DNA from: an uncultured Eubacteriales bacterium
GTDB taxonomy: Bacteria; Bacillota; Clostridia; TANB77; RGIG9151
Length of the DNA stretch: 7,143 nt
Direction: 5' to 3'
NCBI GenBank assembly: GCA_964478905.1
Contig: CAYZJZ010000007.1
Coordinates: 12,793 to 19,935 of the forward strand
Positions 1 to 5,036 of this stretch are shown here, one piece after another. The notes beneath the pieces were generated by a model. It had not been told where the DNA came from and made no database searches. It was given only the letters and a program-made list of their open reading frames with translations. The position numbers and the translations under genes were made by a program. Positions within the stretch are counted from its first letter, which is position 1; each line of letters starts with the position of its first letter.

Positions 1-620
1 TTGTATCCGATTACGACTACGATGTCGTTTTTACCAATGACTGTATTGGCGTTTGGAAAAACGTTTGGTTCGCTTGAATTTGGTTCTATTGCGATTATAT
101 TTACTCCGTATTTATCTCTTGGTGATAATTCGCCAAGAGTTTTATTTATCCATTCTTTTGGGGCTGTTATTGATGCAATACTGTAATTTGATGATATATC
201 GACTAAGTCGTATATATTTTTATGACTTAGTGAGTGAGCAAGTTTTTTACCCATATCGTATTCAGGTAGTACTACTTGATCGGCTCCTACTTTTTTTAAG
301 ATTTTTGCGTGAAGCTCGCTTTGTGCTTTGGCGACTATGTGTTTTGCACCGTATTCTTTTAGTAGTACTGTTATCATGACACTTGTTTCTTGATTGTCTC
401 CAATTGCTACTATGCAACTGTCATAAGTTTCTACACCAATTGACCTTAAAAAGTCTTCGTCTGTTGAATCTGCTTGTACGGTATGTGTTAAGTAGGATGC
501 GACTTCGTTTACTAATCTTGGATTTTCGTCTACTCCAAGTACTTCATAATTTAATTCGGTAAGTTCTTTTGCACAGCTTTTTCCGAATTTTCCTAACCCT
601 ATAACTAAAAATGATTTCAT
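1..620 (-). CDS. ktrA: K+ uptake system cytoplasmic RCK/NAD-binding regulatory subunit (KtrA/TrkA family). The C-terminal end runs off the window start.
   Basis: Absent from the supplied ORF track because it has no in-window stop. Hand translation of the minus strand from ATG 620-618 stays open to position 3 (206 codons): MKSFLVIGLGKFGKSCAKELTELNYEVLGVDENPRLVNEVASYLTHTVQADSTDEDFLRSIGVETYDSCIVAIGDNQETSVMITVLLKEYGAKHIVAKAQSELHAKILKKVGADQVVLPEYDMGKKLAHSL...GVNIIAIEPNSSEPNVFPNANTVIGKNDIVVVIGY. It has the GxGxxG Rossmann motif (GLGKFG) of RCK_N followed by an RCK_C-like tail. GGAGG (complement of 630-634) lies 9 nt upstream of the ATG. The start is 25 nt downstream of the ktrB stop, consistent with an operon. 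Confidence 0.88.
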   Translation of the reverse strand, partial: MKSFLVIGLGKFGKSCAKELTELNYEVLGVDENPRLVNEVASYLTHTVQADSTDEDFLRSIGVETYDSCIVAIGDNQETSVMITVLLKEYGAKHIVAKAQSELHAKILKKVGADQVVLPEYDMGKKLAHSLSHKNIYDLVDISSNYSIASITAPKEWINKTLGELSPRDKYGVNIIAIEPNSSEPNVFPNANTVIGKNDIVVVIGY

Positions 621-645
621 ATTTATTAACCTCCAAAATTGTTTT

Positions 646-2019
646 TTAACCGACAGATATTTTCCCGTCAGAATATTTATAAGTTGACTTTTTTATCAAT
701 TGCTTTTGAGAAAAAGCAATTACCATTGTAAGTGGTCCGATACGTCCTAAAAACATCATTAAAATTAATACATATTTTGATAATGTATTTAGATTAGGCG
801 TAATTCCGGTAGACATACCTGATGTTGAGAACGCTGAAGCGGCTTCATATATAGCCTCAAAGAACTGAACACCGTCATTATTTGCTAGAATTACAAATGC
901 ACCTAGTGAAATTAAAAGCAAAGCTAATAAAAATATGCACATTGACTTGAATATAGTTTGATGAGGTATGTTGTTTTTCATTACTTGTACATCTTCTTTA
1001 CCCATCATAAAGAAGATAGCTGTTAATATTAATATCGAAAACGTTGTAACTTTTATTCCACCGGCGGTTGAACCGGGAGCACCACCTATAATCATAAGGA
1101 TTATTATGAGTAAATTTGTACTTGGTGTAAGATTTTTTACGCTTATTGATGAAAATCCTGCGGTTCTTGGAGATGCAGAATTAAAGAACGAATTTGCTAG
1201 TTGCAAAGATAATGGCATATCTCCAATTGAATTTTCATTTTTTGATTCAAACATAAAAAATAATACTGTACCAAGTAGGAGCAAAATTCCCGTAGAAATT
1301 AAGACAATTTTTGAATGAAGTGTGTACTTTCTGAATGAAAATTTATTTTCCCAAATGTCTCTCCAAACTACGAAGCCGAGTCCACCGACTATAACAAGTA
1401 TAGCAAGAGTTAGTAAAACTGATGGATTATTTGCTAAAGAAACTACACTTTGGAATTGATAGTTCTTTGTACCGAGGATGTCAAAACCGGCGTTACAAAA
1501 TGCTGAAATTGATAAAAACACACTTTTCCAAATTCCTTCTTTTAGTCCCCAAATAGGGTAAAAATCTTTTAGTAAAAACAAGGCACCAAAAAATTCTACG
1601 ACTAAAGTAATGAGCAAAATTTGGAAAAACATATTCATCGTTTCACTAAGCGAAGGACTATTAATTGCTTCTTGCATAGTAATACGTTCTTTCAAATTTA
1701 TCTTTTTCTTTGTAATTAATGCAAATATTGAAAATAAAAACATTATTCCAAGTCCACCGATTTGGATTAAAAGTAATATAACTGCTTGACCGAATCCGGA
1801 CCAAGTAGTGGCATTATCATACAAAAGCAAACCGTTTACACACACTGCAGATGTAGAAGTAAAAAACGCATCTAACAGGGATATTTTTTGAAGCTCAGCG
1901 TGTGAAATAGGGAGCATAAGCAGTATTGTACCTATAATTATTGCAAACAAAAATCCTAAAATAATTATTTGCGTTGGAGTTATCTTATTTCTTATTCTAA
2001 TACTTATTGGTAATTTCAT
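646..2019 (-). CDS. ktrB: K+ transporter membrane subunit (KtrB/TrkH family), about 457 aa
   Basis: ORF 646-2058 is a polytopic membrane protein with four pore-loop glycine motifs typical of Ktr/Trk/HKT transporters (TSAVCVNGL, SAFCNAGF, PRTAGF, SAFSTSGMS) and a C-terminus ...YSDGKISVG. The track's start is a TTG at 2058-2056 that falls inside the predicted promoter/UTR and has no SD. I prefer the first ATG at 2019-2017 (MKLPISIRIRNKITPTQIIILGF...), which has AAAGGA (complement of 2033-2038) 13 nt upstream. The start codon choice is uncertain by 13 codons. Confidence 0.88.
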   Translation of the reverse strand: MKLPISIRIRNKITPTQIIILGFLFAIIIGTILLMLPISHAELQKISLLDAFFTSTSAVCVNGLLLYDNATTWSGFGQAVILLLIQIGGLGIMFLFSIFALITKKKINLKERITMQEAINSPSLSETMNMFFQILLITLVVEFFGALFLLKDFYPIWGLKEGIWKSVFLSISAFCNAGFDILGTKNYQFQSVVSLANNPSVLLTLAILVIVGGLGFVVWRDIWENKFSFRKYTLHSKIVLISTGILLLLGTVLFFMFESKNENSIGDMPLSLQLANSFFNSASPRTAGFSSISVKNLTPSTNLLIIILMIIGGAPGSTAGGIKVTTFSILILTAIFFMMGKEDVQVMKNNIPHQTIFKSMCIFLLALLLISLGAFVILANNDGVQFFEAIYEAASAFSTSGMSTGITPNLNTLSKYVLILMMFLGRIGPLTMVIAFSQKQLIKKSTYKYSDGKISVG

Positions 2020-2062
2020 AAAAAAATAGACATCCTTTCTAAAGTAAAAATACGGCAATTAC

Positions 2063-2091
2063 ATAATAATAGAGAACAACTCTGTTTACAA
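2063..2091 (-). promoter_or_regulatory. Candidate sigma-A promoter for ktrBA (TTGTAA-N17-TATTAT)
   Basis: On the minus strand, the -35 TTGTAA is the complement of 2086-2091 and the -10 TATTAT is the complement of 2063-2068, with an exact 17-nt spacer. The predicted TSS is near 2055, giving a leader of about 36 nt. AT-rich DNA produces such matches easily, so this is only moderately supported. Confidence 0.4.
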
Positions 2092-2127
2092 ACTAAATAA
2101 TGTTTTTATTAACAGTGTTGTTCTCTA
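2070..2127 (-). terminator. Long hairpin downstream of gyrA, a likely intrinsic terminator, overlapping the ktrB promoter
   Basis: TAGAGAACAACtCTGTT (2070-2086) is complementary to AACAGtGTTGTTCTCTA (2111-2127), giving 17 pairs with one mismatch and a 24-nt AT-rich loop. It starts 19 nt after the gyrA stop (2146-2148). On the minus-strand RNA it is followed by UUAUUAUGUAAUU, which is U-rich but not a clean U-tract. Confidence 0.5.
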
Positions 2128-2145
2128 CAAAAGTATAGCAGTTAT

Positions 2146-4596
2146 TTAATTTTCTTCAATTTCTTCTTCTTCATCTGTAACTTTTGCAATACTTACAAGT
2201 TGAACACCATCAGGCATTCTCATTAAAGTAACACCTTGTGTATTTCTACCTAAAACGCTTACATCTTTAACAGCAAGACGTATAATAGTTCCATCAGAGC
2301 TAATTAAAATGATATCATCAGTATCTTTAACCATTCTTATACCGACAACTTCACCGGTTTTATCAGTAACCTTATAAGTAAGAACACCCTTACCGCCACG
2401 AGTTTGAACCCTATATTCTTCAACCTCAGTACGTTTTCCGAAACCATTTTCAGTAATTGCAAGCAAGTAAAGCTCAGCAGAATTTCCCTTTTCCATACCA
2501 ACAACATAATCGCCATCGTTTAGCTCAATACCACGCACACCTTGAGAAACACGTCCGATAGGTCTTACATCTTTTTCATCAAACGAAATAGACATACCTT
2601 GTCTTGTAACAAGAACAACTTTATCTTGACCGTCAGTTAATCTAACACCGATTAACTCATCATTCTCACGAAGCGAAATACCTTGTAAGCCGGCTTTTCT
2701 AACATTAGCATATTCCATAAGATTTGTTTTCTTAACAACACCATTTCTAGTCGCCATAAATAAATATGCATCATCAGTATATTCCGCAACAGGAATAACC
2801 GCAGTAATTTTTTCATCAGCTTCTAATTGAAGCAAATTAACAATAGCCGTACCCTTAGCTTGACGACCGGCTTCCGGAACTTCATAAGCTTTTAGTCTAT
2901 AAGTCTTACCTTTATTCGTAAAGAATAAAATATAGTGGTGAGTAGAAGAAATAAAGATATTTTCAACAAAATCCTCTTCACGAGTCGTAATGCCTGTGAT
3001 TCCTTTTCCACCACGTTTTTGACTCTTATATGTATCAACCGGTAATCTCTTAATATATCCAAAATGAGTAAGAGTAATTACACAATCTTCTTCCTTAATT
3101 AAATCCTCAATATCAATATCATCAGCAGAAGCTTCAAGAGCAGTACGTCTAGGATCAGCAAACTTAGTCTTTATCTCGAGTAATTCATCTTTAATAATCT
3201 TATAAACTAAAGTCTCACTACTCAAAATTTCCTTAAAGTACTTAATTCTTTCAACTAGTTCATTATATTCAGCCTCAATCTTCTCTCTTTGTAAACCGGA
3301 TAACGTCTTAAGACGCATATCCAAAATCGCTTGAGCTTGAATATCAGTAAGACCAAAACGCTCCATTAATCTTTCTTTAGCATCGTCATAAGCAGAACGA
3401 ATAATCTTAATAACTTCATCAATATAATCAAGAGCAATTCTTAATCCTTCTAAGATATGTAGTCTAGCTTCAGCCTTAGCCAAATCAAACCTTGTACGTC
3501 TTAAAATAATATCTTTTTGGTGCTCAATGTAAAGGTCGATACATTGTCTTAAATTTAGAATTTGAGGTTTCTTATCAACAAGTGCAAGTAAAATAGCACC
3601 GAAAGTATCTTGCATTTGAGTATTTTTATAAAGTTGGTTTAATACAACATTTGCATTAGCATCTCTCTTTAACTCAATAACAATTCTCATACCTTCTCTA
3701 TCAGACTCATCGCGCAAATCAGAAATACCTTCAAGTCTTTTTTCTTTAACAAGGTTAGCGATATTTTCAATAAGACGAGCCTTATTAACTTGGTAAGGAA
3801 GTTCAGAAACAATAATTCTTTGTTTATTTCCAAGCTCCTCAATTTCAGCTCTCGCTCTTACAATAATACGACCACGGCCGGTAGTGTAAGCATTTCTAAT
3901 ACCTTCTTTACCCATAATAATACCACCGGTAGGGAAATCTGGGCCTTTAACAATTTGCATCAAATCTTCAATAGTAACATTATCTTCATCAATAACCTTA
4001 ATTATGCCATCAACAATTTCACCTAAATTATGAGGTGGGAAATTCGTCGCCATACCAACCGCAATACCGGAAGAACCGTTAACAAGCAAGTTAGGAAATC
4101 TTGCAGGTAAAACATCAGGTTCTTTTAACGTATCATCAAAGTTAGGTACAAAATCAACAGTTTCCTTATCAATATCGCGTAGCATTTCAAGAGTAATCTT
4201 AGACATTCTAGCCTCGGTATAACGCATAGCCGCAGGGCTATCTCCGTCAACCGAACCGAAGTTACCGTGACCGTCAACTAACATATAGCGAAGTGAGAAG
4301 TCTTGAGCCATACGAACCATACTGTCGTAAACCGCAGCATCTCCGTGAGGGTGGTACTTACCTAAAACATCACCAACAAGACGAGCGGACTTTCTATAAG
4401 GTTTGTCCGGAGTCATATTAAGCTCATTCATAGAATACAAAATTCTTCTATGAACGGGTTTTAATCCATCCCTAACATCAGGTAACGCACGAGCAACAAT
4501 AACACTCATTGCATAATCTATGTAAGATTTTTTCATTTCATTCTCGATACCGACATCAATGATTTTTTCTTCAATTCCTGTATTTTCGTTATCCAT
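2146..4596 (-). CDS. gyrA: DNA gyrase subunit A, 816 aa
   Basis: The sequence has hallmark GyrA motifs: [30 protein letters not shown], the [21 protein letters not shown], the catalytic Tyr in [10 protein letters not shown] (Tyr codon 4219-4221), and the GyrA box QKRGGKG (3001-3021) that distinguishes GyrA from ParC. It also has a beta-pinwheel CTD and a short acidic tail, DEEEEIEEN. The track ORF starts at a TTG (4671-4669) that is part of the predicted -35 box. The real start is most likely ATG 4596-4594 ([15 protein letters not shown]...), with AAAGGA (complement of 4606-4611) upstream. Confidence 0.96.
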   Translation of the reverse strand: MDNENTGIEEKIIDVGIENEMKKSYIDYAMSVIVARALPDVRDGLKPVHRRILYSMNELNMTPDKPYRKSARLVGDVLGKYHPHGDAAVYDSMVRMAQDFSLRYMLVDGHGNFGSVDGDSPAAMRYTEARMSKITLEMLRDIDKETVDFVPNFDDTLKEPDVLPARFPNLLVNGSSGIAVGMATNFPPHNLGEIVDGIIKVIDEDNVTIEDLMQIVKGPDFPTGGIIMGKEGIRNAYTTGRGRIIVRARAEIEELGNKQRIIVSELPYQVNKARLIENIANLVKEKRLEGISDLRDESDREGMRIVIELKRDANANVVLNQLYKNTQMQDTFGAILLALVDKKPQILNLRQCIDLYIEHQKDIILRRTRFDLAKAEARLHILEGLRIALDYIDEVIKIIRSAYDDAKERLMERFGLTDIQAQAILDMRLKTLSGLQREKIEAEYNELVERIKYFKEILSSETLVYKIIKDELLEIKTKFADPRRTALEASADDIDIEDLIKEEDCVITLTHFGYIKRLPVDTYKSQKRGGKGITGITTREEDFVENIFISSTHHYILFFTNKGKTYRLKAYEVPEAGRQAKGTAIVNLLQLEADEKITAVIPVAEYTDDAYLFMATRNGVVKKTNLMEYANVRKAGLQGISLRENDELIGVRLTDGQDKVVLVTRQGMSISFDEKDVRPIGRVSQGVRGIELNDGDYVVGMEKGNSAELYLLAITENGFGKRTEVEEYRVQTRGGKGVLTYKVTDKTGEVVGIRMVKDTDDIILISSDGTIIRLAVKDVSVLGRNTQGVTLMRMPDGVQLVSIAKVTDEEEEIEEN

Positions 4597-4642
4597 AAAA
4601 ACAAATCCTTTCATTAAATTAAAAAATCTTTCAAACACAGTT

Positions 4643-4671
4643 ATTATATTATAAGAAACCAACAAATGCAA
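4643..4671 (-). promoter_or_regulatory. Candidate sigma-A promoter for gyrA (TTGCAT-N17-TATAAT)
   Basis: On the minus strand, the -35 TTGCAT is the complement of 4666-4671 and the -10 TATAAT is the complement of 4643-4648, with an exact 17-nt spacer. The predicted TSS is near 4636, about 40 nt upstream of the preferred gyrA ATG. Confidence 0.55.
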
Positions 4672-4690
4672 GGTTTTTCGAGTGTAAAAT

Positions 4691-4731
4691 CAACAAAAAA
4701 ACGGCAATTTTGTATAGTGTAAAATTGCTGT
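4691..4731 (-). terminator. Terminator-like hairpin plus U-tract on the minus strand, with no upstream minus-strand gene in view
   Basis: The minus-strand RNA reads ACAGCAAUUUU-ACACUAUAC-AAAAUUGCCGU followed by UUUUUUGUUG. The stem has 8 contiguous pairs (GCAAUUUU/AAAAUUGC), then 2 more after an A.C mismatch, and a 9-nt loop. The stem is AT-rich and therefore weak. On the plus strand there is no downstream T-tract, so it would act only on minus-strand transcripts. Confidence 0.35.
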
Positions 4732-4796
4732 CAAACACGCATTATGAAAGGTTTTTACTAAGTTTACATAAAAATAAAAAACTTTTCAAAAAACTA

Positions 4797-4823
4797 TTAA
4801 GTATTTCCTAGAAGTGTCGATAT
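4797..4823 (+). promoter_or_regulatory. Sigma-28 (SigD/FliA)-type promoter for the flagellin locus
   Basis: TTAAGTAT (4797-4804), an 11-nt spacer, then GTCGATAT (4816-4823). Compared with the flagellar sigma consensus TAAAGTTT-N11-GCCGATAA (B. subtilis form TAAA-N15-GCCGATAT), this is 6/8 in the -35 element and 7/8 against the B. subtilis -10, with exact spacing. Location upstream of a flagellin gene is the expected context. The predicted TSS is near 4831. Confidence 0.68.
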
Positions 4824-4830
4824 ATATTAT

Positions 4831-5036
4831 GAACGGGTAGAGTACCAAACTCGAATTCCGGATAGACATAATAATCAAGGAAGATTTTCAGTGTTCACGG
4901 ACGAATACTTATGAAGAGAAACCGAAGATGGGGGTTATATATCCTTAGCTTTTGGTTGCTCAGGTCCGGAATTCTGAGGATGATGCATTTATCTGTTTTT
5001 TGTTTTAAAAAAATATAAGAAAGGGGTGAGAAGAAG
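4831..5036 (+). promoter_or_regulatory. Long structured 5' leader of flagellin 1: closing helix, three hairpins, U/A-rich linker, SD
   Basis: The closing helix pairs 4850-4863 with 4964-4978; its core GAATTCCGGA/TCCGGAATTC is perfect. It encloses hairpin A at 4873-4886 (loop AAGGAA), hairpin B at 4891-4908 (loop ACGGAC) and hairpin C at 4920-4957. A weak hairpin at 4978-4994 is followed by GUUUUUUGUUUU and A7. The SD AAAGGGGTG (about 5020-5028) precedes ATG 5037. The fold was done by eye only. Confidence 0.5.

Noticed and set aside
1-379. Plus-strand ORFs 1-186 and 53-379 from the supplied track
   Set aside because: They lie antisense to a complete, motif-bearing KtrA reading frame. Their translations are low-complexity and Leu/Ile/Phe-rich, typical of shadow ORFs in AT-rich DNA, and they have no SD.
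968-1318. Plus-strand ORF of 116 aa inside ktrB
   Set aside because: It is an antisense shadow of the ktrB membrane-protein frame, with no SD and no recognisable motif.
2020-2058. 13-codon N-terminal extension of ktrB from TTG 2058
   Set aside because: The TTG has no SD and lies at or upstream of the predicted TSS, just downstream of the -10 at 2063-2068. The ATG at 2019 gives an N-terminus of normal KtrB length.
2046-2060. 15-mer AAAAATACGGCAATT (2046-2060) recurs as AAAAAAACGGCAATT (4695-4709) upstream of both ktrB and gyrA
   Set aside because: The match is 14/15, but a third of it is an A-run, the two copies sit at different positions relative to their promoters, and my rough estimate is that a few such near-matches are expected by chance in 7 kb of this composition.
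2020-2145. Possible c-di-AMP (ydaO-type) riboswitch upstream of the K+ transporter
   Set aside because: The spacer is only about 125 nt, and most of it is taken up by the gyrA terminator hairpin and the promoter. I saw no ydaO-like conserved segments.
3790-4026. Plus-strand ORF of 78 aa inside gyrA
   Set aside because: It is an antisense shadow of gyrA with an Asn/Ile/Phe-rich, low-complexity translation.
4597-4671. 25-codon N-terminal extension of gyrA ([25 protein letters not shown])
   Set aside because: It starts at a TTG that is part of the TTGCAT -35 box and covers the -10 and the SD. GyrA homologs begin shortly before the conserved ...YIDYAMSVI block, which fits ATG 4596.
4858-4915. 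c-di-GMP riboswitch (GEMM-I or class II) in the flagellin leader, by analogy with C. difficile flgB
   Set aside because: I could not find the conserved GEMM-I elements I remember (GCAAAC..., GGGACGCAAAGCC, tetraloop/receptor pairing). The nearest stretch, ACGGACGAAUAC, is a poor match. This still needs a proper cmscan.
4961-4971. CAGGUCCGGAA is identical to 11 nt of the conserved SRP RNA (4.5S/scRNA) helix 8 apex
   Set aside because: The 3' continuation (UUCUGAGGAUGA) cannot close the GGAA tetraloop or form the symmetric and asymmetric loops of SRP RNA, and the size and context are wrong. I judge the resemblance coincidental.
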